64,000 nt of DNA from Candidatus Latescibacterota bacterium (GCA_965208105.1 OZ242318.1:2752001-2816000), one strand, 5' to 3'; positions 22,599-32,308 are shown, numbered from the stretch's first letter. Translations and numbers: made by a program. The notes: generated from the letters alone by a model not told the origin.

Positions 22599-24548
22599 TT
22601 ACCCCGCGGGCCCGGGGTTCAGCAAATTGGCGATATGCACCGCCTGGAACAGGGTGGCCGGCTCCAACTGGGTGCGCAGGGCCCGCTTCCTGGGCAGCAG
22701 GGTGGTCTCGGCCAGCATGGGAGGACAGACCACGACCTCGACCAGACCGGGATTGATGTTCTTGTTGCCCCGGGGGCATTTGGGCCACAGCGAATGGATA
22801 CCGCGGAAAACTATCGGGATGATTACCACATCCTGGGGCAGGTAGGCGAAAAGGGCGTGCTGCATGGGCAGGCACTGGAGCTCAAAGGCGGAGGTGGTCC
22901 CGGCTCCGTAGATCACCCCCGGCCGTTCATCCAGCAATCGCGCAAAGCGCTGGATGGGGTTGCCGGCGTCCGAGGAGCGGTCCGCGATTACATAGCCGTC
23001 CACCTCCTCAAGAAGGCGATCGGCCATTTCAGGAGGAACGCCGATGAGGGAGAACTGCCTTGAACCAATCTTGAAGCTGGTCGGGTCCATCAGCCGGGAA
23101 CGGGAAAAAAACACGCAAGGAACCGGTTGTTCCCAGCCCATGGCCGCCAACATCTCCCGGGATTGCATGACATGGTACATGACCGGGTGGTCCAGGAGGC
23201 TCTGGTGGGTAGGAAGAAAGATGATTTTGCGTTTCGTCCCCCGCAGGTCCAATTCCGCGGCAATGGAGGAGAAGAGAGGATCGACGAGGGTCTTCACCTG
23301 GATGCCGAAAATTTCCAGGGTTCGCAGGCCCCACTCGGTGTTGTTCTCCCACGCTGCCTGCAGGCGTCGTTCCTTGTCGAGTCCGGCGCGGTGCAGCTGT
23401 GTCTTGCGCTGGCCGGTCCTGCGGAACAGCTGGACCCAGCGAAGCAGCCTGAGCCTCCGCTGCCAGGAAGAAAACCGCCTGCTACGGCCCACGTGCGGAT
23501 ACTCCACGAACCGCCCTTTGAACCCTCCACGCAGAAGAGCAGGCACTTCGACCAACTGCACCTCGTCGCCGTCGATCCCCCGGGCGCGGCGGCGCAGCGC
23601 ATTGGCGCGATCGATGAGCTTCAAGGTCAAATCGATCATGTCCCGGGTCAGATAGCTGTACTCCTGTCCGTACCAGTAGTCCTTGGGCCTGATCTGGGCG
23701 GGATCTTCAAGATGGGCCTGGAAGAACTTGAGCAGCATTGCCTGGTCCAGGCGCAGGTACCGTAGCAGGGTGTCGTGCCAGCGGCGGCGCATCCGGCCGC
23801 GCAGCTGGGCCAGAAGGAGCTCTATCTCGGTGACCGCCTTCCAGATAGAAATGCCGAACCAGATGAAGTTGTTGAAAGTATTGTAGCGAATGGCGAGGTG
23901 TTCACCGGCGGAGAGAAAGTCCACGACGCGTTCGGCCTGCCGGCTGAGGATTTGGCGCAGCGGCTCCGAGCGGGGACGTCCATCGCCGGAGCAGGTATAG
24001 ACCTGATCCCAGCAGGGATCGTCGTCCTCCGGATCCCTGCGGATCTTCCCTGCTACGGACTGGGCGTGTGACAAGGGGACCCGGGCGACCCGCAGTTGTA
24101 CGAGGGCGGCCTCGCCGGCATCGAGAGCGTAGGGTTCCTCCCGGCCCAGGGCGTCGAGATAGACCTTCTGGTACAACTGCAAGAAATCCTCTTCGCAGCC
24201 TGCCCCCCGTTCAAGAAACTGGGCGCGAACCTGCAGATAGCCGCGGTTGGCCTCGTGGTAGGCGGAAACGGTGCGGGAGTAGCCGGCGTAGGCCTCCTGC
24301 AGCCGGCTGTCGCGACGCGCCGGGATTCCCTGGTAGATATGCCCGATCAGCTCGGCGCGTTTGCCGAGCTCCGCCGCATCGAGAACGGACCCGTCTCGAT
24401 TGCTGGCAGGCCAATCCAGTGCCCCCCCCTCCCAGCCTTCGAAGTGTCCGTCCTTGCCCGCCACCTCGAGCAGTTGGCCGGCAGCCTCGTCGTACCTGGT
24501 CAACAACTCATTTAAATCAACGCCGTCCAGCAACTCGTCGATATTCAA
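22599..24548 (-). CDS. Large protein with a C-terminal lysophospholipid acyltransferase (PlsC-like) domain and an unknown N-terminal helical region
   Basis: IFLPTHQSLLDHP (HxxxxD), IYGAGTTS (variant of FPEGTRS), VIIPIVFRG; TTG start after GAGG. Confidence 0.75.
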   Translation of the reverse strand: MNIDELLDGVDLNELLTRYDEAAGQLLEVAGKDGHFEGWEGGALDWPASNRDGSVLDAAELGKRAELIGHIYQGIPARRDSRLQEAYAGYSRTVSAYHEANRGYLQVRAQFLERGAGCEEDFLQLYQKVYLDALGREEPYALDAGEAALVQLRVARVPLSHAQSVAGKIRRDPEDDDPCWDQVYTCSGDGRPRSEPLRQILSRQAERVVDFLSAGEHLAIRYNTFNNFIWFGISIWKAVTEIELLLAQLRGRMRRRWHDTLLRYLRLDQAMLLKFFQAHLEDPAQIRPKDYWYGQEYSYLTRDMIDLTLKLIDRANALRRRARGIDGDEVQLVEVPALLRGGFKGRFVEYPHVGRSRRFSSWQRRLRLLRWVQLFRRTGQRKTQLHRAGLDKERRLQAAWENNTEWGLRTLEIFGIQVKTLVDPLFSSIAAELDLRGTKRKIIFLPTHQSLLDHPVMYHVMQSREMLAAMGWEQPVPCVFFSRSRLMDPTSFKIGSRQFSLIGVPPEMADRLLEEVDGYVIADRSSDAGNPIQRFARLLDERPGVIYGAGTTSAFELQCLPMQHALFAYLPQDVVIIPIVFRGIHSLWPKCPRGNKNINPGLVEVVVCPPMLAETTLLPRKRALRTQLEPATLFQAVHIANLLNPGPAG

Positions 24549-24568
24549 TTAAGCCTCAGGTGGATTTG

Positions 24569-24937
24569 TCAGGATCGGCTGCGCCGGGCGAGGACGAAGG
24601 AGCGGATGCTCAGGGCAATGAAGATGGCGCACAAGAGGGCCATGAGGGCCTGGACGACGGTGGCGGCGGGACGCTCCACGGCGCCGCCGCCAAGCAGGAC
24701 AAAGGCATCATACAGTCCCGAGGCCGTGCCCAGAAACCCGATCAGGGCGAGCACGGCGGCGACATGCATGGAATGTTTGCGCAGATGGTCCTTGTGCCCC
24801 AGGAACCCCAACACCAGAAGGGGAATGCCGAAGAATGCAGGAATGAGGGCGGTCGCGCTGCTGCGCCCGGTGCCGAAATAGGCAGCCAGCCCCAGGAGGA
24901 TGAGCAAAATGCCGAGGGCCGCGGTAGTTCTGGGCAT
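24569..24937 (-). CDS. Small 4-TM membrane protein of unknown function
   Basis: ATG 24937: MPRTTAALGILLILLG...SATALIPAFFG...RKHSMHVAA...SFVLARR. Confidence 0.75.
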   Translation of the reverse strand: MPRTTAALGILLILLGLAAYFGTGRSSATALIPAFFGIPLLVLGFLGHKDHLRKHSMHVAAVLALIGFLGTASGLYDAFVLLGGGAVERPAATVVQALMALLCAIFIALSIRSFVLARRSRS

Positions 24938-25315
24938 GGGCAGGAAACTCCAGTTGGAATGAGTTGTAGACGAAAGGACCCGGTTGGGATGAATATGATG
25001 TGGCTGAATGTTAGGGGCAAGCCCGCTGAGTGCCTGTCCCCGCCGTCTATCCTGCAGCGACGCTCTCCATTTTCTTCTCCCCGATTCGGTGCGCCGACTG
25101 CGGCCGCAGGCTCGAGAGGAACCCCATGGCGGGCACTTGCGCAACTTCCCTGCATTTGCGCAATTTTAATTCATCCCGTTCGCTGGTCGGGGGCCCTTCT
25201 GCCCCGACTGCGGGGTGCCTGCCCTGCCCCAAACCGAAACCCGGGACCGGCTTCCGGCGGTTGTCCCGGCCTTCGAACCGCCGGCACCTTCCCTTCACCT
25301 GACTTGCAGGCTCCC

Positions 25316-25684
25316 ATGGAGCTCAGACAGCAGATCGAGAAATGGCGCGAGAAGTTGCGCGCCGGTACCCTAACCGACAGTGACTTCCGGGAGTACCTGC
25401 AAGCCCTGAACCGCGACTGCTCCAGTGCCCGGCAACGACTGCTCTACCTGCAGACCGGCACAACCGGCGTCGACTCCGAAGTGCTCGGCATGTCCATGGT
25501 GGAGGACGGCCAGGTGATAGAGGGGCCGGCCGATGCCGGGGAGTGGCCCTACAAGTCGGTGATGGAGGCCATGCAGGACGGCTGGCGCGTGGTCAAGTTT
25601 CCGGAGATGGCCCTGCTTCTCCAGGAAAACGCCACCATCGGATTCGGCTGTGAGTTCATCCTCGAGAAGTGGGTGCCGATATGA
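25316..25684 (+). CDS. Hypothetical 122-aa protein, translationally coupled to a PhyH dioxygenase
   Basis: Real C-terminal part of the 24068..25684 ORF (RQRLLYL, PYKSVMEAMQDGWRVVKFP, EFILEK); ATGA overlap with the next gene. Confidence 0.75.
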   Translation: MELRQQIEKWREKLRAGTLTDSDFREYLQALNRDCSSARQRLLYLQTGTTGVDSEVLGMSMVEDGQVIEGPADAGEWPYKSVMEAMQDGWRVVKFPEMALLLQENATIGFGCEFILEKWVPI

Positions 25685-26574
25685 CGAAAACTGCCCTGAC
25701 CTCATCCAGGTACGGCCCGACCTACGACTGCGAACCCATCCTGAACGACGAGCAGGTCCTCGAATTCTGCCGTCAGGGGTATCTGGTGCTGGAAGGCGTG
25801 GTGGAGAAGGAGATCAACGACCGCATGATGGCCTTCATCGACGGGCACCCGGGGCACCAACCGCTGGAGATACTGGACGAGGAGTGGTTCGTGGAGGGTA
25901 TCATCAAGAATCCACAAGCTGCCGGGGCGGTTCGCAGTCTCCTCGGCAGGAACTTCGCCCTCCCCACCAACATGTGCAACCACCGGGTCCAGTGCCCGGC
26001 CCCGGCGCAGGGATGGCACCGGGACGGCGGCTCCATATACACGCCGCGGCTGGACTACCTGCAGGTCTTCTACTATCCCCAGGATACCCCGCTCGAACTC
26101 GGGCCCACCGAGCTGATCCCCGGATCCCACTTCATGCGCGGCAAATCCAACTACATGGGACACGTTCGCAACGTCAAAGTGGCGGTGTCCTCCGCCGCCC
26201 CGGCCGGATCCATCTTCGTCACCGTCTACTCCATCTGGCACCGCAAAGGCAAGAGCACCGCCTCCGGCTATCGCAACCTCATCAAGTACAACTACTGGCG
26301 CACCACCGACCCGCGCCGCGACTGGATCGTCGATCCCGACTACAGCTTCTCCTGGCCCGGCATGTCCCACCATCCCCACTTCGAGCAATTCAGGTGCGGC
26401 ATCGCTGCGGCGGAGATGTTCTGCTGGTTGAGCGGCGAGACCTACGAACACGTGGGGGGGCAGTGCTGGCCATGCGAATCCCCGGCCAGGCCCCGCTGCG
26501 AGCAGGAGGGGCTGCCGCCGGGGTTGAGCCGGTCGAACTCCCCTGCCGCGAGGAGCCGCCCGGCGGCGAAATGA
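25681..26574 (+). CDS. Phytanoyl-CoA dioxygenase (PhyH) family Fe(II)/2OG dioxygenase
   Basis: FCRQGYLVLEG, WHRDG (HxD), FYYPQD...GPTELIPGSH, SIWHR. Confidence 0.88.
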   Translation: MTKTALTSSRYGPTYDCEPILNDEQVLEFCRQGYLVLEGVVEKEINDRMMAFIDGHPGHQPLEILDEEWFVEGIIKNPQAAGAVRSLLGRNFALPTNMCNHRVQCPAPAQGWHRDGGSIYTPRLDYLQVFYYPQDTPLELGPTELIPGSHFMRGKSNYMGHVRNVKVAVSSAAPAGSIFVTVYSIWHRKGKSTASGYRNLIKYNYWRTTDPRRDWIVDPDYSFSWPGMSHHPHFEQFRCGIAAAEMFCWLSGETYEHVGGQCWPCESPARPRCEQEGLPPGLSRSNSPAARSRPAAK

Positions 26575-26930
26575 ATCGAAAAAGCGAAACCTGCTACGGA
26601 AAGAAGACGAACAGGCCCCTTGCCGAGTACGATTCGCGGTCCGATGCGCTCGAAGGCGCTGAGTACGCCAGGAGGAACTACCGCCAGAACCTCGTTCCCT
26701 ACCAATGCGGCGAGTGTGGGTTCTGGCACCTGTCTCCGTCGGACCGGCAGACCCCCAGCACGAAGTGTCCCCACTGCATCGGCGCCGATGGCCGGGCCAA
26801 GGACTCCTACCGGACCGAGGGACAGGCGCGGCGGCGGGCAGACATTCTGCAACGGGAGCAGGACGTGGCCTTGAAGGTCTACCCCTGTCAGTACGGCAAC
26901 GGCTGGCACCTGACGCGAAGCTACCGTTGA
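26571..26930 (+). CDS. 119-aa protein with two tandem Cys/His zinc-finger-like repeats
   Basis: ATGA overlap at 26571; the unit C..G....Y.[ST]...A...A.........L..Y.C....WHL[ST] occurs twice. Confidence 0.7.
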   Translation: MNRKSETCYGKKTNRPLAEYDSRSDALEGAEYARRNYRQNLVPYQCGECGFWHLSPSDRQTPSTKCPHCIGADGRAKDSYRTEGQARRRADILQREQDVALKVYPCQYGNGWHLTRSYR

Positions 26931-26990
26931 CGGCGTTTTTTTCGATCAGTCCCTCTCAATCCCACCTTTCATTTGCTGCCTGCCGTTCCC

Positions 26991-27770
26991 CTATCTTCCT
27001 CCGATGTCCGCAGGTAAATCCACTTTCTCGCCCTTCTTCAGAAAGGGATCGGCAAATCCTCTGAGGTCCCTGCCGTCCTCGGTCATGATGGGGTAGGACG
27101 AATACTGCGCCAGGTAGACGCGGCGCATGCGCTCCGATGTGTTGGTGCCGCTGCGGTGGAAGTTGACGCTGGAAAAGACCACTATGCTGCCGGCCGGCAC
27201 GACGGCCGCCACTCCGGGATCATCGCCTTCGTATCCCACGAGGTCGCCGCTGGCTTCTTCAGGAGCGTGGGGCTGGCGCCGGCGCGTTCCCGCCCGGGAA
27301 TACGGCAGGATGTAGACGGTGCCGTTCTCCTCGCTCATATCGTCCAGGGCGCACCAGCAGCTCAGGTAAGGCTCGTGGTCGTATCCCAGGTAGCCCGAGT
27401 CCTGATGCCAGGCGAAGGGCATGCCGACTTCGGCGCCCTTTACGACGAACTGCTCGTAGAACAGGTAGACCTCGTCTCCGAGAATTGCCCGGGCGATGGC
27501 GGCCATCAGATCGCTGAAGAGAAACTCGTGCAGGCGCCTGCTCTCCTTGTAGCGCCGCGAGACGAAGTAGCGCTTGTTGCGGTGGCTGAGGTTGAGCTTC
27601 TCGGCGCCTTCCCGGCCCATTTCCCGCTCCAGCAAATCGATGAAGTACTTGCACTCGTCGCGCAGGAGCCGCAGGTGATCGTCGGAGATCACACTCTCGA
27701 GGAAGAAAAATCCTTCGGTTCGGTACTGCTCCTTCTGGGATTCGCTGATCTGAACCTGCCCATTGGTCAT
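26991..27770 (-). CDS. Phytanoyl-CoA dioxygenase (PhyH) family protein
   Basis: GGAGGAG RBS; FAWHQDSGY, CWCALDDMSEENG, FHRSGTNTS..RR. Confidence 0.9.
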   Translation of the reverse strand: MTNGQVQISESQKEQYRTEGFFFLESVISDDHLRLLRDECKYFIDLLEREMGREGAEKLNLSHRNKRYFVSRRYKESRRLHEFLFSDLMAAIARAILGDEVYLFYEQFVVKGAEVGMPFAWHQDSGYLGYDHEPYLSCWCALDDMSEENGTVYILPYSRAGTRRRQPHAPEEASGDLVGYEGDDPGVAAVVPAGSIVVFSSVNFHRSGTNTSERMRRVYLAQYSSYPIMTEDGRDLRGFADPFLKKGEKVDLPADIGGR

Positions 27771-28052
27771 CTTTGCTTCTCCTCCTGCTCTCCCTGGCGG
27801 CATCCGCTCCCCCGGGAACCAATTCCTGCCTTTGGCGTCTGGCGATTGTCCTAAGTTACTAAACCATTCAGCCCACTCAAAACGGCAAGACTCCCGCGCG
27901 ACCGATCCCTCCCGGGCGCGGCAGGCGGGCGATGAATCCGCAGTCCTGCTTGTCGAACCGGGCGGCAAAGGCGTTTTTTCTATCGTGGTGGATGCAACAT
28001 TGATCGGGTACGGCCTGCGCAGAGTCCGGTCTACTTCCGGACGGTTTCGGCG

Positions 28053-28955
28053 ATGCGCATAGGAATCAGGTGGCTGTGTGCATCGCTGGTGGTGCTCGCG
28101 GCGGCGGTCTACGCCTTCCTGGCCATCCGCTCCGAGCCCCTCCCTTCTCATCCTTTTTTCTCCGAGGACGAGGTATTGGTCATGGCGCATCGGGGAGGCC
28201 AGGGTCTGTGGCCGGAAAACACCCTGTTCGCCTTCGAGCGCGCCGCGGAGCTTGGAGCGGACGTGCTGGACATGGACGTGCGCAGCACCGCGGACGGCGT
28301 CCTGGTGGCAATCCACGACAGCAGGGTTGATCGCACCACCAATGGAAGAGGGGATGTCGGGGAGTTGACCCTCGCCCAGCTGAAGACCCTCGACGCAGGC
28401 AGCAGGTGGACCGCGGACCGGGGGGAAAGTTTCCCTTTCCGCGGACGGGGAATCACCGTGCCTGCGCTGGAAGAGGTGTTCAGGTCATTCCCGCAGTTGC
28501 GCCTGAGCATGGAGATCAAGCAGAAGGAGCCCTCCATCGCCGCTTCCCTTTGCTCCCTGGTGCGCGCATATGACCTGAGCGACCGGGTACTGGTGAGTTC
28601 CTTCAGCGCCGAGGCCATGGAGGTTTTCCGCGCGGCCTGTCCGGAGGTCGCCACGTCCGCCGCGGCAAGCGAAGCCCTGTTGTTCTGGGTGCTGAGCCGC
28701 CTGTTCCTGGACGCGACCTATCAGCCTGCAGCCCAGGTCCTTCAGGTCCCCGAGCACCTGGGATGGCTGGACGTGGTCGACAGGCGCTTCATCAGCATGG
28801 CCCGCGCCCACAACATGAAGGTCTGCGTCTGGACCGTAGACGAGACCGAGGATATGCGGCGCCTCCTGCGCCTGGGCGTGGACGGGGTGAATACCTCACA
28901 TCCCGACCGCCTGCTGGGCATGCTCGGAGCTATGCATGGCCGAAACGATGAATGA
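28053..28955 (+). CDS. Glycerophosphodiester phosphodiesterase (GDPD)
   Basis: AHRGG, PENT, DGVLVAIHD..VDRTT, VWTVD, GVDGVNTSHP; N-terminal TM anchor. Confidence 0.93.
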   Translation: MRIGIRWLCASLVVLAAAVYAFLAIRSEPLPSHPFFSEDEVLVMAHRGGQGLWPENTLFAFERAAELGADVLDMDVRSTADGVLVAIHDSRVDRTTNGRGDVGELTLAQLKTLDAGSRWTADRGESFPFRGRGITVPALEEVFRSFPQLRLSMEIKQKEPSIAASLCSLVRAYDLSDRVLVSSFSAEAMEVFRAACPEVATSAAASEALLFWVLSRLFLDATYQPAAQVLQVPEHLGWLDVVDRRFISMARAHNMKVCVWTVDETEDMRRLLRLGVDGVNTSHPDRLLGMLGAMHGRNDE

Positions 28956-29646
28956 GATAATCCTGGACGTGCACAATCTATCGAAGACTTACCGCAGCGG
29001 TGAGCTCTCTCTGACCGTTCTGAATGGGGTGAGCTTTGCGGTCGAGGAGGGCACTACCTGCGCAATAATCGGCCCCTCCGGCAGCGGCAAGACCACCCTC
29101 CTGGGCCTATGCGCCGGCCTCGATCAGGCCACCTCGGGATCGGTGGTGCTCGGCGGCACCTGCCTGAACGCCCTCGGCGAAGATGAACGCGCTGAAGTTC
29201 GCAACCGGCAGGTCGGGTTCGTCTTTCAGAACTTTCAGCTAATTCCCACCCTGAGCGCCCTGGAAAACGCGATGGTCCCTCTCGAGCTGCGCGGAGACGG
29301 GAATCCGCGCGGCATGGCGGTTGAGTTCCTGGAGAGGGTCGGTCTGGGGGACCGCCTGCACCACTATCCGATACAGCTCTCGGGAGGCGAACAGCAGCGC
29401 GTGGCCCTGGCCCGTGCTTTCGTCAACCGGCCCCGGATACTGTTCGTCGACGAGCCCACCGGCAACCTGGATGCCGCTACCAGCAGCCGGGTGGAGGACC
29501 TCCTCTTCTCCCTGAACAAGGAGGCGGGAACCACACTGCTTCTGGTGACCCACAATCTCGAGCTTGCCCGCCGGACCCGGCGCATCATTCGACTCCGGGC
29601 GGGAAAGGTCGAGGAAGATGTCCTTCAGGCAGGCCAGGGAGGTTGA
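28948..29646 (+). CDS. ybbA: ABC transporter ATP-binding protein (YbbA/LolD-like)
   Basis: GPSGSGKTT, LSGGEQQRVALARA, DEPTGNLD; precedes a YbbP-like permease. Confidence 0.88.
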   Translation: MNEIILDVHNLSKTYRSGELSLTVLNGVSFAVEEGTTCAIIGPSGSGKTTLLGLCAGLDQATSGSVVLGGTCLNALGEDERAEVRNRQVGFVFQNFQLIPTLSALENAMVPLELRGDGNPRGMAVEFLERVGLGDRLHHYPIQLSGGEQQRVALARAFVNRPRILFVDEPTGNLDAATSSRVEDLLFSLNKEAGTTLLLVTHNLELARRTRRIIRLRAGKVEEDVLQAGQGG

Positions 29647-29698
29647 TCGTGCAGGTCCTGCGCTCGACGGGAATGAGCAAGAGGGGTCCCTCCGGTGA

Positions 29699-32272
29699 AT
29701 GGGAGTCCATAGGTTGAAAACAGGGCGAAGAGGAAGCGGGATCGGCCTGCTCTGGGTACTCGGGATGGCCTGGCGCGACAGCCGCAGCCATCGCAAACGC
29801 CTGCTCCTGTTCACCTCCTCTATTGCAGTCGGGACGGGGGCCCTGGTTGCGACTGCAAACCTGGAGGCCAATATGGAGGAGGCCGCAGACGAGCAGGCCA
29901 GAAGCCTTCTCGGAGCCGACCTGGCTCTCGTGGGAAGGCGGCCCTTTCCGGCGGAAGTGGAAGCGGTTATCGACTCGATCGGCGGCTCACAGTCCAGGCA
30001 GATCGATTTTTCATCCATGGTCCACTTCCCCAAAAGCGGAGGGACCCGGCTTGCCCGCGTCCGTGCCCTGGAGGGAGCCTTCCCCTACTACGGAGAGTTC
30101 GAGACGGTGCCGCGGCAAGCGGCCGCCAGCTTCCAAAGCGGTCGGAACGCCCTCGTCGACCAGAGTATGATGCTGCAGTTCGAAGCCCAGGTCGGCGACT
30201 CGGTCAGGGTGGGAAAACTGAAGTTTCGCATTGCCGGAAATCTGAAGAGGATACCGGGCGAAGTGGGGGCTATCGGACTGGTGGCTCCGCGTGTCTACAT
30301 ACCCTTGCGCTTCCTTCCCCGGACCGGCCTGGTCCAGCGCGGCAGCCAGGTCACCTACCGCGTCTATTTCAGGCTGGAAGAGGATGTAGACGCAGGCCAG
30401 CTGGCGCGGGAGCTGCAGCCGCAATTGACCAAACACAACCTTTCGGCCGAAACGGCCGCCCGGCGCCGGGACCGGACCGGACGCACCCTGGCCAACCTCT
30501 ACTACTTTCTCAATCTGGCTGGCTTTACCGCTCTGGTCCTCGGCAGTATGGGAATTGCCAGCTCCATACACACCTATGTGAAGCAGAAGGCAAACACTGT
30601 CGCCATTCTGCGCTGTCTTGGGGCCGGTGCCTGGCGGAGCATGGCGGTCTACCTTGTCCAGGCCGCCGCCATGGGGCTGCTTGGTGCCGCTTGTGGCTCC
30701 CTGATCGGGACCGGGGTGCTGTTCCTGCTTCCCGGTGTTCTGGGGGATTTTCTTCCGCTCGACATTGGGCTCAAGCCGTCCGCCTTGTCGATTGTCCAGG
30801 GGGTCGCCATCGGTCTTGGGATGTCTGTTCTCTTTGCCTTGCTCCCTTTGCTGGCGCTGCGCAGGGTCTCGCCGCTGCGGGCCCTGCGCTCTTCCTACGA
30901 GGAAAGCGAGCCCCCGTCCAGGGACCCTCTGCGCTGGCTGGTCTGCCTTGCCCTCGGCGCAGGTGTGGTTCTGCTCGCCCTGCTCCAGACCGGGAGCTGG
31001 ATACACGGGCTGAGCTTTGCCGCCTCCATAGCCGTCTCTTTTTCCTTGCTGGCTCTCCTGGGAAGGATCACAGCCCGCGGGGCGAAGAGATTTTTGCCCT
31101 CTTCCTTGAGCTATGTCTGGCGCCAGGGGCTGGCCAACCTCCACCGCCCGAACAACCAGACGGTAATGCTGATCGTAGTCCTGGGTCTTGTGACCTTTCT
31201 GATTTCCACATTCTATCTTGCCCGGTCCTCCCTCCTGGAGCGCATCTCCTTCGTCAGCGGTGGAGACCAGCCCAATCTGGTGCTTTTCGACATCCAGCCC
31301 GACCAGAAAAGGCAAGTCGCCGGTCTGCTCGACCATTTCGGCCTTCCACTCATGCAGCAAGTCCCCATCGTCACCATGCGCCTGGAGGAGATCAACGGCA
31401 GGCGGGTCGAAGAAATCCGCAACGACTCTTCCTCCACCCTTTCCAGGTGGGCGCTACGCTGGGAGTACCGTTCCACCTACAGAGACCGGCTGGTGGATAC
31501 CGAGACTCTCGTGGGGGGAGAGTGGAGGGGGCGTGTGGCCGGGGCCTCGGATACGGTGTTTGTATCGCTGGAGGAAGGGGTGGCGCTGGATCTGCAGGTG
31601 GAGGTGGGGGACGAGCTTGTCTTCGATGTGCAGGGACTTCCCATCCCCGTCGTCATCGGCAGTCTGCGCAAGGTCGAATGGCAGCGAATCAGCCCCAACT
31701 TCCTGGTGCTGTTTCCCGCAGGGGTGCTGGAAGAAGCCCCGCAGTTCTACGTAATGGTCACCCGCAGCAACTCCGAGGCGGAGGCCGCCGCCTTGCAGCG
31801 GGAAGCGGCGGAACTCCTTCCCAATGTTTCGATCATCGACTTGAAGCTCATTCTCGATACGGCGAACGCGGTCCTGGACGGCGCATCCCGGATCATCCGC
31901 TTAATGGCCTCGTTCAGTCTGGCGACAGGATTGATCGTCCTGGTTGCCGTGATCGTCAACGGCCGCTACCAGCGCCTCCAGGAAAGCGTGCTGCTGCAAA
32001 CACTAGGCGCGACGCGGCGCCAGATCAGGCGGATAATGCTGGTGGAATACCTCCTCCTCGGAGGATTCGCCGCCGCGGCGGGCCTGGTCCTCGCCCTGGC
32101 CGGCAACTGGGCCCTGTCCCACTTCGTTTTCGATGCCCCTTTTGCTCCAGCCCCGTTGCCTCTGCTGGTCCTGCTGGCTTTGGTCATGGGCTCGACCGCC
32201 CTGGTCGGCACCTTGGCCGGCGGAAATATCTTTCGCCGGCCCCCTCTGGAAGCACTGCGCGCCGAGGCCTAG
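29699..32272 (+). CDS. ybbP: ABC transporter permease, duplicated FtsX/MacB-type (YbbP-like)
   Basis: AWRDSR, SLLGADL, FPYYG, PNLVLFDIQPDQ, two FtsX domains; start may be slightly downstream. Confidence 0.85.
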   Translation: MGVHRLKTGRRGSGIGLLWVLGMAWRDSRSHRKRLLLFTSSIAVGTGALVATANLEANMEEAADEQARSLLGADLALVGRRPFPAEVEAVIDSIGGSQSRQIDFSSMVHFPKSGGTRLARVRALEGAFPYYGEFETVPRQAAASFQSGRNALVDQSMMLQFEAQVGDSVRVGKLKFRIAGNLKRIPGEVGAIGLVAPRVYIPLRFLPRTGLVQRGSQVTYRVYFRLEEDVDAGQLARELQPQLTKHNLSAETAARRRDRTGRTLANLYYFLNLAGFTALVLGSMGIASSIHTYVKQKANTVAILRCLGAGAWRSMAVYLVQAAAMGLLGAACGSLIGTGVLFLLPGVLGDFLPLDIGLKPSALSIVQGVAIGLGMSVLFALLPLLALRRVSPLRALRSSYEESEPPSRDPLRWLVCLALGAGVVLLALLQTGSWIHGLSFAASIAVSFSLLALLGRITARGAKRFLPSSLSYVWRQGLANLHRPNNQTVMLIVVLGLVTFLISTFYLARSSLLERISFVSGGDQPNLVLFDIQPDQKRQVAGLLDHFGLPLMQQVPIVTMRLEEINGRRVEEIRNDSSSTLSRWALRWEYRSTYRDRLVDTETLVGGEWRGRVAGASDTVFVSLEEGVALDLQVEVGDELVFDVQGLPIPVVIGSLRKVEWQRISPNFLVLFPAGVLEEAPQFYVMVTRSNSEAEAAALQREAAELLPNVSIIDLKLILDTANAVLDGASRIIRLMASFSLATGLIVLVAVIVNGRYQRLQESVLLQTLGATRRQIRRIMLVEYLLLGGFAAAAGLVLALAGNWALSHFVFDAPFAPAPLPLLVLLALVMGSTALVGTLAGGNIFRRPPLEALRAEA

Positions 32273-32308
32273 CAGCCCGGATGGACTTTTTCCAACGGGC
32301 TGCCAGGT

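Noticed and set aside
24068-25315. N-terminal part of the 538-aa ORF 24068..25684
   Set aside because: It overlaps two minus-strand genes and is Arg/Pro-rich noise; only the part from ATG 25316 looks like a protein.
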